DNA of 64,000 bases from Myxococcota bacterium (lineage in GTDB: Bacteria; Myxococcota_A; UBA796; UBA2385): contig JBIJDH010000003.1 in assembly GCA_044344255.1 (NCBI GenBank), positions 160,001-224,000 on the forward strand, read 5' to 3'. Positions 28,032 through 41,292 of the stretch are shown piece after piece. A program made the position numbers and the translations under genes. Below the pieces are notes generated by a model. That model was given only the letters and a program-made list of their open reading frames with translations. It did no database searches and was not told the DNA's origin. The first letter of the stretch is position 1. Each line of letters opens with the position of its first letter.

Positions 28032-28685
28032 TCACTCGGGGACGACGCCGCTCGTCGGTGAGCCGCCGACCCACCGCCACGTGCCCGCAATCTTGCCGTC
28101 CCGGTCCCACTCGGACCAGTAGCCCTCGCGAATACCGCCCACATAAGGGCCACACTCCTTGATCTTTCCGCTCGGGTGCAACCCTACATAGGGCCCGTGG
28201 CGCACCCCGTTCGAGAGCGCACAAAACTCCCGGTTGTGGTCGTGGCGCTCGTCCTTCCAGGTGGTGCCTTCTGGGCAGGTCTCAATGTGAGCGGTGGCGC
28301 AGACCTGATCGTAGCGGACCTCGACCGGAGGGAGGTCGTCGGGCACTTCGGGACCGACCCGCTGCACCTGCGGGGCCTGGATCCCCGAGCCCTGGGCGCC
28401 GTCGGATCGAGCGGGGGCTCCCGCCTCGCCCTCACTCCTTCGAGCCGTGCGCTCCTCGGCGGGGCCGGAGCCGACCACGGTCTGTTGACCCTCCCGCTTG
28501 GACCAAGGCTTGGGGATGCTCGATCCGCAGGCGACGGCGGCTGAGCAAGCCCAGACGAGCAGCGCGCGGGAGAGCGCGGGGGCGTGCGGTTGGGGGCGGA
28601 GAGTCTGGGGCATGGGGGGCTCCGAGGCACGTTCGGGCGCTCGGCGGGCCGAGCGCGGAGAGGCGTTGGGCTCAGGGCGCGCCAT
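28032..28685 (-). CDS. Putative lipoprotein with MORN-variant repeats
   Basis: AAVAC lipobox; RHGPYVGLHPSGKIKECGPYVGGIREGYWSEWDRDG. Start 28685 or 28613. Confidence 0.55.
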   Translation of the reverse strand: MARPEPNASPRSARRAPERASEPPMPQTLRPQPHAPALSRALLVWACSAAVACGSSIPKPWSKREGQQTVVGSGPAEERTARRSEGEAGAPARSDGAQGSGIQAPQVQRVGPEVPDDLPPVEVRYDQVCATAHIETCPEGTTWKDERHDHNREFCALSNGVRHGPYVGLHPSGKIKECGPYVGGIREGYWSEWDRDGKIAGTWRWVGGSPTSGVVPE

Positions 28686-29232
28686 CGTCGAGGCCCCGGA
28701 CGGCCTGGAGCAGAGCGTCGCGGTCCTCCATCACCGGAAAGAAGCCACGGATGTGGGCCGCCCCGTCCACGAGGACGAAGCGCTCGCTGTGCAAAATGGA
28801 GGGCACGCCGGCGCCGTCAGCGCTGCGCTCGAGGCCCTGCTGAAACCCGGCGATCACCGCGTCGACCTCGGCCCGCTCTCCGGTCAAAAGCGACCAGGGG
28901 AGGGGGTGCTCACCAAACGCCCTCGCGTACTGGGCGAGGACATCGGGACGGTCGAATTCGGGGTCGACGGAGATCGACAAGAGCTGAAGCGGCGCGCCTC
29001 CCGCCTCCGAGGGGAGCTCATGGGAGAGCGTCATCAGCTCGGCGCTGAGGCGAGGGCACTGCTCGGTACAGCGGGTGAAGATGAAGTCCACCACGCTCAC
29101 CCGACCTGCGAGCTGCGCCGAGGTGAAGGGAGCACCGCGCTGGTCGACGAGCGAGATCGTCGGAGCGGGGCCGAAGTCTTCCGGGGGCGTGGCGCGGGTG
29201 CAGGCCGTGGCCAACAGCCAGAGGGTGATCAC
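28672..29232 (-). CDS. SCO1/SenC copper chaperone (lipoprotein)
   Basis: LATAC lipobox; FIFTRCTEQCP (CxxxCP), ISVDPEFD, ILHSERF. GTG start overlaps the cyoE stop. Confidence 0.88.
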   Translation of the reverse strand: MITLWLLATACTRATPPEDFGPAPTISLVDQRGAPFTSAQLAGRVSVVDFIFTRCTEQCPRLSAELMTLSHELPSEAGGAPLQLLSISVDPEFDRPDVLAQYARAFGEHPLPWSLLTGERAEVDAVIAGFQQGLERSADGAGVPSILHSERFVLVDGAAHIRGFFPVMEDRDALLQAVRGLDDGAP

Positions 29233-30188
29233 AGCCACTGATCCACGGTGAGCACGAAGAAGATTCCCGTCAGGTAGATCAGCGAGTAGAAGAAAAGCTT
29301 TCTCGCCCACTTCGCACCACCGCTGTCGCGATAGCCCTGCCAGGCCAGCCACAGGAAGCCGAAGCCGAGGAGGGAGCCGAGGCTCATGGTCAAGGGCCCC
29401 GCCAGCTCCACGTGGGCCAACACCGCGGGCATCGGCACGAGGGGGAGGGTGTAGAGCAACATCTGTCGCCGGGTGGCCTCTTCTCCGTGCTCGCTCGGGA
29501 AGACGACGAGGCCTGCCGCCTCGTACTCCGCGCGTCGGTAGATGCCGATGGCCAACGAGTGGGGGATCTGCCACAAGAACAGGAGGGCGAAGAGCACGAG
29601 CCCGCCGAGGTCGGCCGTCCCGGTGGCGGCCGTCCACCCGATCAGCGGAGGGAGGGCCCCGGGGATGGCGCCGATCAGCGTTGAGATGGAGCTGCGTCGT
29701 TTCAGCGGCGTGTAGACGAACACGTACAGGACGAGTGCCCCCGCGGCCAGGAGCGCCGCGAGGGGCGTGGTCAGCACCGCCAGCAGGGGGATGGACACCA
29801 AGGAGAGCGCGACGCCGAAGGCGAGGGCCAGCGTCGGGCTGAGGCGGCGCGCGGGCAGGGGGCGCCTGGCCGTGCGAGCCATCTCGCGGTCGGATTCGCG
29901 CTCGATGTAGTTGTTGAGCGCGTTGGCGCCGCCGACGACCATCGTGGTGCCCCCGATGGCGGCCATCGCCTGCCACCACGGCACCTCGACCCCGGAGAGC
30001 CACAGGCCGCCGCCTGCGGTCACCAGCACGAGCGAAGACAGCCTCGGCTTTGTGAGCGAGATCAGGTCTTGGGCGGTCCCGCGGAGCTTCGCGAGGGAGG
30101 AGCGCTCGTCTGGCGCGTCCGCGCCTGCGTCCTCGGGGCAGGAGGCGCTGGAGCCGGGCATCTGGACGCTGGCGGAGGGGCGGATCAT
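29229..30188 (-). CDS. cyoE: Protoheme IX farnesyltransferase (heme o synthase)
   Basis: LTKPRL, NNYIERESDREMARTARRPLP, YTPLKR, GALPPLIGW, WQIPH. Confidence 0.95.
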   Translation of the reverse strand: MIRPSASVQMPGSSASCPEDAGADAPDERSSLAKLRGTAQDLISLTKPRLSSLVLVTAGGGLWLSGVEVPWWQAMAAIGGTTMVVGGANALNNYIERESDREMARTARRPLPARRLSPTLALAFGVALSLVSIPLLAVLTTPLAALLAAGALVLYVFVYTPLKRRSSISTLIGAIPGALPPLIGWTAATGTADLGGLVLFALLFLWQIPHSLAIGIYRRAEYEAAGLVVFPSEHGEEATRRQMLLYTLPLVPMPAVLAHVELAGPLTMSLGSLLGFGFLWLAWQGYRDSGGAKWARKLFFYSLIYLTGIFFVLTVDQWL

Positions 30189-30436
30189 CGTTCGCAGGCT
30201 CCCTTGTGCCCCAGGTCCGGCCCCTCGTCAAGCAAGCGTGGGTCGTCGGGCAAACACTGGAGGGCAAGGACGCCATCGGCACCGGGCGCGGAGGACAGCG
30301 GCCCCAGGGTTCCGCGAACAGGGAAGGTGAGGGTCGGTCTGAGGGTCGTCAAGTTCAGGTGGGGCGGGCGATCAGCGGGGAGTGAATTGCACGGATCCTG
30401 ACGCAGCCCCGGCCGTATGGCAATTCTCGACGCGCG

Positions 30437-30466
30437 TTGACGGGCTCGGAGGGCGAGGGTTAGGGC
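30437..30466 (+). promoter_or_regulatory. Possible sigma70-like promoter of the oxidase operon
   Basis: TTGACG-N18-TAGGGC upstream of the GTG at 30493. Confidence 0.3.
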
Positions 30467-30492
30467 CCCGCACCTTCAGAGAGGTCCACTCC

Positions 30493-30732
30493 GTGAGCAG
30501 CTCCAACGCCTACCAGGGTGCGGAACCGACCGACGCCGAACTGGCGGCGATCGGCACCGAACCCGATGAAGTCCCGACGACCTTCCTCATGATCCTGGCG
30601 GGGGCCCTCTCCGTCGGGGTGGTGGTCACCGTCGCTGCGGTGGTGGTGTTCTTCCGCTTCGCGACGGCCCATGAGCTGAACGCCAAGGGCTACCCGATGG
30701 ACGCGGGCGCGACCTGGAGCGGCAACCCGTGA
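30493..30732 (+). CDS. Small single-TM protein heading the oxidase operon
   Basis: GAGG SD; acidic N-terminus then one TM; GTGA overlap with sco. Confidence 0.6.
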   Translation: MSSSNAYQGAEPTDAELAAIGTEPDEVPTTFLMILAGALSVGVVVTVAAVVVFFRFATAHELNAKGYPMDAGATWSGNP

Positions 30733-31562
30733 ACAGGGGGGCCCGTGGGCTCGCTTGGACGTCGCGCGGGGCCTTGGCCTGCGCGGCGCTCTTCGCGATG
30801 CCGTGGGCCCGGGCCGCGGAGCCTCTGCCGAGCGCGCTGGAAGGCGTGACCGTGGACGAGCACCTCGGTCAGCCCCTTGATCCGGAGCTGGTCTTCACCG
30901 ACCACACCGGGAAGCGGGTCCGCCTCGGAGACTACTTCGATGACGGCGTGCCGGTCATCCTCACGCTCAACTACTACACCTGCGGGACCCTCTGCAGCGT
31001 GGTGTTGAACGGAGTGACCGATGGCCTCCGGCAATTCGATTGGTCGCCAGGTGACCATTACCGTGTTTTGACCGTCAGCATCGATCCCACCGAGACCTCC
31101 GAGCTCGCGGCGACAAAGCGCGCGAGCTACCTCCAATCCCTCGGAAAGGGCGATGTGGACTGGAGCTTCCTCGTCGGCGAGGAGAGCCAGATCCAGGCCC
31201 TGGCTGGCGCGGTGGGCTTCCGGTACCACTATGACGAGGCGACTCAGCAGTACGCCCACCCTGCGGTGATCACGGTGATCTCACCGGGGGGGGCCGTTGC
31301 CCGATACCTCTACGGCTTCCAGTTTCCAGAGCGTGATCTCAAATTCGCGGTGATGGAGGCGGCGGAAGGTCGGGCGGGGAGCCCGATCGACAAGCTGATC
31401 CTGAGCTGCTTTCATTATGATTCGACGGCCGGCCGCTACACGCCGGCCGCATTCGGTGTCATGCGCCTCGGTGGTGTCCTCTCCCTCATTGGGCTGGGCG
31501 GGTTCACTTTGTCGTTGTGGCGTAGGGAACATATCAACCGGTCTCGTGGGAGTTCGACCTGA
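30729..31562 (+). CDS. SCO-family protein (caa3 operon type, C-terminal TM)
   Basis: GVTVDEHLG, YYTCGTLC, YAHPA, RYLYG, LILSCFHYD..GRY. Confidence 0.88.
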   Translation: MNRGARGLAWTSRGALACAALFAMPWARAAEPLPSALEGVTVDEHLGQPLDPELVFTDHTGKRVRLGDYFDDGVPVILTLNYYTCGTLCSVVLNGVTDGLRQFDWSPGDHYRVLTVSIDPTETSELAATKRASYLQSLGKGDVDWSFLVGEESQIQALAGAVGFRYHYDEATQQYAHPAVITVISPGGAVARYLYGFQFPERDLKFAVMEAAEGRAGSPIDKLILSCFHYDSTAGRYTPAAFGVMRLGGVLSLIGLGGFTLSLWRREHINRSRGSST

Positions 31563-32587
31563 TGTCACCCATGCTCATGCCGCTGCTGGGTATCCGCGCG
31601 GCTCAGGCGGCCGAGAAGGCCACCTTCTGGCTCCCGCCCGCGGCGACCGAATACGCCAAGCAGACGGACTTCACGTTCTATTTCATTTACTGGATAGACC
31701 TCGTCTTCTTCATCGTGCTGATGGGGGCGACCCTCCTCTTCACGTTGAAGTATCGGCAGCGGAAGGAAGGTGAGAAGACCAGCCCGACCAAGGGCAGCCA
31801 CGCCCTTGAAGCGGTGTGGGCCATCTTCCCCACCTTCCTGCTGTTCGCGATGTTCTTCCTCGGGTTTCAAGGCTGGATCAACCAGGCGGTCCCCCCCGCT
31901 GACGCCATGGACATCCGCGTCACCGGGCAGAAGTGGAACTGGACCTTTCAGTACGCGAACGGCGTGACCACCTTCGCCAACCTCAAAGAGGGCGGCCTCT
32001 CTGAGTACGATGGAGAGGGTCTGGTCGTTCCGGCAGGCAAGCCGGTGCGTTTGACGATGTCGTCAGTGGACGTGATCCATAGCTTCTACGTCCCGGACTT
32101 CCGGATCAAGAAGGACGTCATCGCCAACCGGTACACGGTCCAGTGGTTCCAGGCCGACGAGCCGGGTGAGCATCAGGTGTACTGCACCGAGTATTGCGGC
32201 ACGAAGCACTCGCGGATGCTCAGTAAGATCCGGGTGCTGGCTCCCGCCGACTACGACGCCTGGATGAAGGCGCAGGTCGGAGATGGCCAGCCGGTGTCCC
32301 CCGAGAAGGCCGGTGAGAAGCTGTTCGCTTCGAACGGGTGCACGGGGTGCCACTCGGTCGACGGCTCCGCGATGGTGGGCCCGACCTTGAAGGGCAAGTA
32401 CGGCGCCAAGGAGACCCTCGAGGGCGGCGCCACGGTGGACATCGATGACAACTACATTCGGGAGTCCATAATGGTGCCGGCGGCGAAGATCGTGGCGGGC
32501 TTCCCCCCCGCGATGCCGGCCTTCCAGGGACGCCTGAGCGATGAGGAGATCAACAACCTCATCGCCTACATCAAGTCGCTGCAGTAG
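31562..32587 (+). CDS. coxB: Cytochrome c oxidase subunit II with fused cytochrome c (caa3)
   Basis: [18 protein letters not shown] (CuA ligands); CTGCH heme c motif and MPAF. Confidence 0.95.
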   Translation: MSPMLMPLLGIRAAQAAEKATFWLPPAATEYAKQTDFTFYFIYWIDLVFFIVLMGATLLFTLKYRQRKEGEKTSPTKGSHALEAVWAIFPTFLLFAMFFLGFQGWINQAVPPADAMDIRVTGQKWNWTFQYANGVTTFANLKEGGLSEYDGEGLVVPAGKPVRLTMSSVDVIHSFYVPDFRIKKDVIANRYTVQWFQADEPGEHQVYCTEYCGTKHSRMLSKIRVLAPADYDAWMKAQVGDGQPVSPEKAGEKLFASNGCTGCHSVDGSAMVGPTLKGKYGAKETLEGGATVDIDDNYIRESIMVPAAKIVAGFPPAMPAFQGRLSDEEINNLIAYIKSLQ

Positions 32588-32598
32588 CGAGGATCACC

Positions 32599-34230
<1,632 letters not shown>

Positions 34231-34238
34231 GGCTGAAC

Positions 34239-34922
34239 ATGAGCACTGCTGCTGTTGAAAACGGTCACGAGCACGCCCATCACAAGGATCAGGCCCATCA
34301 CTTCCACAGCATGGAGCAGCAGAACGCTGCGAATAAGCTGGGGATGTGGGCCTTCCTGGTGCAGGAGCTCCTGTTCTTCGGTGGGCTGTTCATGGCGTAC
34401 GTCGCCGTGCGCTACATGTACCCGGAGACCTTCCACGAGTCCTACCAGCACCTGAGCATCCCGATGGGGGCAACCAACACGGTGGTGCTGCTGCTGAGCA
34501 GCCTCACCATGGCGCTCGCGGTCCGGGAGACCCAGCTTGAGGAACGGGGGAAGGCCAAGAACTACATTTTGGTCACCATCCTTTGTGCGCTCGGCTTCAT
34601 GGTCATCAAGACCTTCGAGTACTCACACAAGATCCATGACGGCCTGCTTCCCGGCAAGCTCTACTCGCACGAGACGCTGGACCCTGTGCGGGCCGTCCAT
34701 GACGCACCGCAGCTGTTCTTCGCGGTCTACTTCATGATGACCGGTGTCCATGGCCTCCATGTCGTCATCGGGATCGGGCTCCTCGGCTGGCTCTGGATCC
34801 GCCTGAACAAGGGCCACTTCGACCGGCACAACTACTCTGCCGTTGAAAACGTGGGCCTCTACTGGCACCTCGTGGACCTCATCTGGATCTTCCTCTTCCC
34901 GCTGCTCTACTTGGTCAAGTAG
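34239..34922 (+). CDS. ctaE: Cytochrome c oxidase subunit III
   Basis: GMWAFLVQELLFFGGLF, TGVHGLHV, GLYWHLVDLIWIFLFPLLY. Confidence 0.95.
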   Translation: MSTAAVENGHEHAHHKDQAHHFHSMEQQNAANKLGMWAFLVQELLFFGGLFMAYVAVRYMYPETFHESYQHLSIPMGATNTVVLLLSSLTMALAVRETQLEERGKAKNYILVTILCALGFMVIKTFEYSHKIHDGLLPGKLYSHETLDPVRAVHDAPQLFFAVYFMMTGVHGLHVVIGIGLLGWLWIRLNKGHFDRHNYSAVENVGLYWHLVDLIWIFLFPLLYLVK

Positions 34923-34953
34923 GTCGGACCAACCTCTCTTCTGGAGACAAGCC

Positions 34954-35676
34954 GTGTCCTCACACGCTCACTCCGACACTCCGCATGCCCACGGGGATGG
35001 TCCGCACATCACCCCCCTCGGCACCTACTTCACCGTGTTCGGGTGCTTGCTGGTCCTCACGGTGTTGACGGTGCTGGTGTCCTACATGGGGCTCCCGAGC
35101 ACGCTGTCGATCGTCGTGGCCATGCTGGTGGCCAGCGCCAAGGCGACGCTGGTGATCTTGTGGTTCATGCACCTCAAGTACGACACCCCCTTCAACCGGC
35201 TGGTGTTCGCTTCCGCCCCTTGGTTCATCGCGCTGTTCTTCATCTTCACGATGTTTGACCTGTCGAGCCGCGGAGACGTGGTGGCCATCACCGGCAACTA
35301 CAATCTGCGCATGGACCAGGCGACGGGTCAGAAGAACAACACCTTCGCGACCCAGGCGGACCGGGAGGCGATGAGCGCCGCCCGTTTCTGGCAGTCTCAC
35401 ACCCTCCGACAGCCGGCCGACCTTTGGGGCTCCGTCCAGGCGGAGAAGGCGATGCTCGAGGCCGCGGCCGCCGCCGCTGCTGCGCCGGCCTCGGTGACGC
35501 CGTCGGCGGCCCCCGTCGAGGGCGGTCACGCCGCTCCTGCCGAGGGCGCGGTCGCTCCTGCCGAGGGCGCGGCCGCTCCTGCCGAGGGCGCGGCCGCTCC
35601 TGCCGAGGGCGCGGTCGCTCCTGCCGAGGGCGCGGTCGCTCCTGCCGAGGCGGGCGTTCCCGCCAAGGCACCGTGA
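34954..35676 (+). CDS. ctaF: Cytochrome c oxidase subunit IV (CtaF-like) with long C-terminal extension
   Basis: YFTVFGCLLVLTVLTV, KATLVILWFMHLKYD; His-rich N-terminus; Ala/Pro repeat tail; GGAG SD before GTG 34954. Confidence 0.85.
   Translation: MSSHAHSDTPHAHGDGPHITPLGTYFTVFGCLLVLTVLTVLVSYMGLPSTLSIVVAMLVASAKATLVILWFMHLKYDTPFNRLVFASAPWFIALFFIFTMFDLSSRGDVVAITGNYNLRMDQATGQKNNTFATQADREAMSAARFWQSHTLRQPADLWGSVQAEKAMLEAAAAAAAAPASVTPSAAPVEGGHAAPAEGAVAPAEGAAAPAEGAAAPAEGAVAPAEGAVAPAEAGVPAKAP
35533..35650 (+). repeat. In-frame 21-bp tandem repeat (GCTCCTGCCGAGGGCGCGGYC), five full copies plus one partial
   Basis: Read directly; encodes APAEGA(V/A). Confidence 0.92.
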
Positions 35677-35924
35677 GCGCTGAGCGGGGGGCGGATGCGG
35701 GTTCGGCGGAGCCGCCCTCGAAGCCCCTGAAGGCCTGCTCGTGTGGATACAGTCGGGGACACTTGATGGTGTCCCCGGAGCCCAAGCACTCGGGTTGGGC
35801 CCACTTCTGGGTGATCTTCATGGGGGTCACCGCTCCGCCGTATCGGGTCGAGTTCCGTTGCCGAGTCTGTAAACAGACCTTCGACAGCACGGACGACCCG
35901 GAGGAATGTAAGAAGTACATTTAA
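35673..35924 (+). CDS. Small putative zinc-ribbon membrane-associated protein
   Basis: GTGA overlap with subunit IV; CSCG..hydrophobic stretch..CRVC; stop lies 20 nt before mdh. Confidence 0.65.
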   Translation: MSAERGADAGSAEPPSKPLKACSCGYSRGHLMVSPEPKHSGWAHFWVIFMGVTAPPYRVEFRCRVCKQTFDSTDDPEECKKYI

Positions 35925-35944
35925 TCCTGGTTCAGGGAGACATC

Positions 35945-36925
35945 ATGAACGCTCCGATTCGTGTCGCCGTCACCGGCGCCGCTGGCAACATCGGCTACGC
36001 CCTCCTCTTCCGCCTCGCCTCGGGCGACTGCTTCGGGAAGGATCAGCCGGTCATCCTTCAACTCCTGGAGATCACTCCGGGCATGAAGGCCCTCGAGGGG
36101 GTCGTCATGGAGCTCCTTGACTCCGCGTTCCCGCTCCTTCACGGCGTGGAGATCAGCGATGATCCGAACGTCGCCTTCAAGGGTGTGAACCAGGCCTTCC
36201 TGGTCGGCAGCCGCCCCCGCACGAAGGACATGAATCGGGCGGACCTCATCAAGGTCAATGGGCCGATCTTCACGGGGCAGGGCAAGGCCCTCAACGACAA
36301 CGCTGCGGACGACGTCCGCGTGATCGTGGTCGGCAACCCCTGCAACACCAACGCCCTCATCGCGCAGAACGCCGCCAAGGACATCCCGGCGGAGCGCTTC
36401 ACCGCGATGACCCGCCTCGATCAGAACCGGGCGGTGTCCCAGCTGGCCGCCAAGCTCGGGCTCACCGCTGGTGCCATCCGTCGGCTGGGCATCTGGGGCA
36501 ACCACTCGGACACGATGTTCCCGGATTACCTTCACGCCGAGGCCGACGGCCGGGCCGTGAGCGACGCGATCGACGCCGAGTGGCTCCAAGGCACCTTCAT
36601 CAGCACGGTCGCCAAGCGCGGCGCCGCCATCATCGCGGCGCGGGGCGCGTCAAGCGCGGCCAGCGCTGCCGCCGCGGCCATCGACCATATGGCCGAGTGG
36701 CACAAGGGCACCGCAGCGGGGAGCTGGGCCAGCATGGCCGTGCCCTCGAAGGGTGAGTATGGCGTCCCCTCCGGGCTGATCTTCTCCTACCCGTGCACCG
36801 TCACGGGCGGGCAGTGGTCGATCGTCGAGGGCATCGAGCACGGCGAGTTTGCCAAGGCCAAGATCCAGAACACGGTCCAAGAGCTGCTGACGGAGCGCGA
36901 GGCCGTCAAGGACCTCCTGGGCTGA
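35945..36925 (+). CDS. mdh: Malate dehydrogenase (cytosolic/Thermus-type)
   Basis: [44 protein letters not shown]. Confidence 0.97.
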   Translation: MNAPIRVAVTGAAGNIGYALLFRLASGDCFGKDQPVILQLLEITPGMKALEGVVMELLDSAFPLLHGVEISDDPNVAFKGVNQAFLVGSRPRTKDMNRADLIKVNGPIFTGQGKALNDNAADDVRVIVVGNPCNTNALIAQNAAKDIPAERFTAMTRLDQNRAVSQLAAKLGLTAGAIRRLGIWGNHSDTMFPDYLHAEADGRAVSDAIDAEWLQGTFISTVAKRGAAIIAARGASSAASAAAAAIDHMAEWHKGTAAGSWASMAVPSKGEYGVPSGLIFSYPCTVTGGQWSIVEGIEHGEFAKAKIQNTVQELLTEREAVKDLLG

Positions 36926-37036
36926 CAATGGACGGAGGCCGCCGGGGTTTTTGAGCTCGGCGGGCTTCCCCCGGGTCTTCGCGAGTGCCACAATGGTCGA
37001 GTGGCACCGCGGAGCGCGCGGGTGCCGGGAGGGTGA

Positions 37037-38596
37037 ATGTCCCGAGCTCTGCTGTTCTGCCTGGTCGCCGCCGCCGGGTGCAGCGATCAGACCTTCGTGC
37101 CCACCAGCAAGGACGCGGGGGGTGAGGGGCCGGCGATCGAGGTGACCCCGGATCACCTTGACTTTGGCACCCTTGGGCCCGACGACTCCGCCGTCGTGCA
37201 GAGCTACACGGTCCGCAGCGTCGGGGCGACCGAGCTCCTCGTCTCCGACATGATCGTGGATGGGGACGGCGCCCTCTCGTTCACCATCCTCTCGGAGAGC
37301 ACGGTCCTCGAGCTGCCGCCCGGCGCCGAGGAGTCGATCGATGTCGCCTTCGCCCCGCTCGGCGCGAACGCCGAGGAGGCCACGATCTTCGTGTACTCCA
37401 ACGACGAAGACCGCTCGCTCGTGCCGGTCTACCTCACCGGTGAGGGGCTCATCCCTGAGCTGGAGATCCGCCCTGATCCCGTAGAGTTCGGCAACGCCTA
37501 CGCCGGCTGCCCGAAGGACCTTCCGACGGAGCTCACCAACATCGGGACGGACACTCTCGTCATCGACGGCATCTCCTACTCGGGAGACGGCGCGTTCTCC
37601 CTGGTCAACGACTGGTCTTTGCCGATCACCCTCGAGCCGGGCGCCAGCACCACGGTCACCGTGACCTTCGAGCCCGGCGACGCCGTTGACTACTTCGGTG
37701 ACCTCGCGGTCTCCTCGAACGAGCCCATGGGTGTGCGCCACGCCGAGATCACTGGCACCGGGCGGTTCGCCGGGGAGTACCTCGACTCCTACGCCGTTCC
37801 TTCCGATCCGCCTTCGGACATCTTCTTCGCCATCGATCAGAGCTGCTCGATGGACGACGACATCGCCAAGCTCTCAGGCGACTTCAGCAATTTCATCAAC
37901 GAGCTGTCGTCGTACTCGACCGACTGGCAGGTCATGGCGGTCACGGAGGATGACGGCTGCTCCAACACGGGCGTCCTCACGCCGAGCACCCCGAACTACG
38001 CCAACACCTTCTCGGCGGGGGTGAGCGGCTCGGAGGGCTGGCTGACCGAGGCCCTGCTCTCCATCGCGGCGAACGGGGTGGAGGAGACCGGCCCCAGCGA
38101 CTGCAACACAGGCTTCCTGCGAGAGGACGCGCTCCTGCACGTCATCCTCGTCTCGGATGAGCCGGAGCAGTCCGACGTGATCACCGGAGAGACCTGGAAC
38201 GTCCTCGCCGACCGCATCGCGACGGCCAAGGGCTCGCTGGCGATGACGCACATCTCTGCGGTCGCGGGTCCGGTCCCCGGCGGGTGTGCGACCGCCGACG
38301 CCGGCTCCGGCTACTACGAGGCCGTCAACTACACCGGCGGGGTCTTCCTCTCCATCTGCTCGGACTGGACCAGCCCCTCGAACCTCGCCATGCTGGCCGA
38401 GGCCTCGGTCAACCAGAACACCTTCTCGCTCACCCACACCCCGATGCCGGACAGCATCGCGGTGGACGTGAACGGGGTGGTGGCCACCAACTGGAGCTAC
38501 GACTCGACCTCGAACGCGGTGGTCTTCTCCGACCCCGCGCCCGGCGAGGGAGACGTCGTCGATATCGCCTACGCCGGCTTGGCCTCCTGCGACTGA
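37037..38596 (+). CDS. Lipoprotein with two Ig-like (choice-of-anchor D) domains and VWA domain; paralog of 18388-19971
   Basis: AAGC lipobox; DIFFAIDQSCSMDDD; DDGCSN; GFLREDA..VSDEPEQS; SICSDW; WSYDSTSNAV. Confidence 0.75.
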   Translation: MSRALLFCLVAAAGCSDQTFVPTSKDAGGEGPAIEVTPDHLDFGTLGPDDSAVVQSYTVRSVGATELLVSDMIVDGDGALSFTILSESTVLELPPGAEESIDVAFAPLGANAEEATIFVYSNDEDRSLVPVYLTGEGLIPELEIRPDPVEFGNAYAGCPKDLPTELTNIGTDTLVIDGISYSGDGAFSLVNDWSLPITLEPGASTTVTVTFEPGDAVDYFGDLAVSSNEPMGVRHAEITGTGRFAGEYLDSYAVPSDPPSDIFFAIDQSCSMDDDIAKLSGDFSNFINELSSYSTDWQVMAVTEDDGCSNTGVLTPSTPNYANTFSAGVSGSEGWLTEALLSIAANGVEETGPSDCNTGFLREDALLHVILVSDEPEQSDVITGETWNVLADRIATAKGSLAMTHISAVAGPVPGGCATADAGSGYYEAVNYTGGVFLSICSDWTSPSNLAMLAEASVNQNTFSLTHTPMPDSIAVDVNGVVATNWSYDSTSNAVVFSDPAPGEGDVVDIAYAGLASCD

Positions 38597-38641
38597 GCAT
38601 GGCGGTGGCAGAGAGCGGGGGGGCCCCAGCAGCGCCGCCGC

Positions 38642-39645
38642 TCAGCCGCCGAGGGTCCGCCGAAACGCGTCGATGGCGAGGTCGAGGCCCTCGTCGTTGA
38701 TGTCGAGATGGGTGACACACCGCAGGGTGTCGGCGGACACCGCGCCACAGCGCAGCCCGGCGGCCTCGAGGTCGGCGAGCCTCTCCTGAGCGCCTGGGAA
38801 GGTCACGAAGACCATGTTCGTCTCGGGTTCGGGGGCGTCGAGGCCGAGCGCCCGCAGCGCGTGGGCCAGCGCCTTGGCGCGCCCGTGATCGAGGGCGAGG
38901 CGTTCGACGTGGTGCTCGAGCGCGTAGAGCCCCGCTGCGGCGAGGAGGCCGCTCTGGCGCATGCCTCCGCCGAGGGCCTTGCGGAAGCGGCGGGCCGTGT
39001 GGGTGATGAGGTCGCGAGGACCGCAGAGCAGGCTGCCCACCGGGGCGCCGAGCCCCTTGGAGAGGCAGACGCTGACGGTGTCGTAGCGCTCGGCTCGCCG
39101 GCTGACCTCGACTCCGGAGGCCACCGCGGCGTTCCAGAGGCGGGCCCCGTCCAGGTGTGCGGCGGCGCCGATCGCCCCGGCGGTCTCTGCGAGGGCGTCG
39201 AGCAAGGGGAGGGGGTGCACCACGCCGCCGCCGCGGTTGGCGGTGTCCTCCACCGTGAGGAGAGTGACGGGCGAGAAGTGAGGATCGATGGGCCGAAGAG
39301 CGGCGGACACCTGGCTGGGGTCGAGCAGGCCTCGTCGGCCCGGGAGGGGCCGGATCGAGACGCCGGAGATGATCGCCGCGGCCCCCGCCTCATAGTTGAA
39401 GGGGTGGGCGCCGGCCTCCATCAGCACCTCGTCGCCGGGCCGCGTGTGGAGGCGGATGGCGAGCTGGTTGGCCATGGTGCCCGAGGGAACGAAGAGCGCC
39501 GCCTCCTTTCCGAGCCGCTCTGCGGTCGTCGCCTCGAGGCGCTGGACGGTGGGATCGTCGCCGAGCACGTCGTCGCCGACCTCCGCCTCGAAGATCGCCC
39601 GCCGCATGCCGGCGGTGGGGCGCGTCACGGTGTCGGACCGGAGGT

Positions 39646-39658
<13 letters not shown>
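38642..39658 (-). CDS. ltaE: Low-specificity L-threonine aldolase
   Basis: DLRSDTVTRPT, VGDDV, PSGTMAN, HLDGARLWNA, CLSKGLGAPVGS, GGGMRQ. Confidence 0.93.

Positions 39659-41288
<1,630 letters not shown>

Positions 41289-41292
<4 letters not shown>

Noticed and set aside
28032..28685. YwqK-type antitoxin of a toxin-antitoxin pair
   Set aside because: Only generic MORN-variant repeats on a lipoprotein; no adjacent toxin gene.
28672..30282. 536-aa ORF suggesting a CyoE-SCO fusion or frameshift
   Set aside because: The SCO has its own GTG start and lipobox at 29232 overlapping the cyoE stop; the upstream part is off-frame cyoE sequence.
35533..35650. Tandem repeats as a possible CRISPR array (also 25826, 43112, 46045)
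   Set aside because: No unique spacers of CRISPR length, the units are too short or coding, and there are no cas genes.
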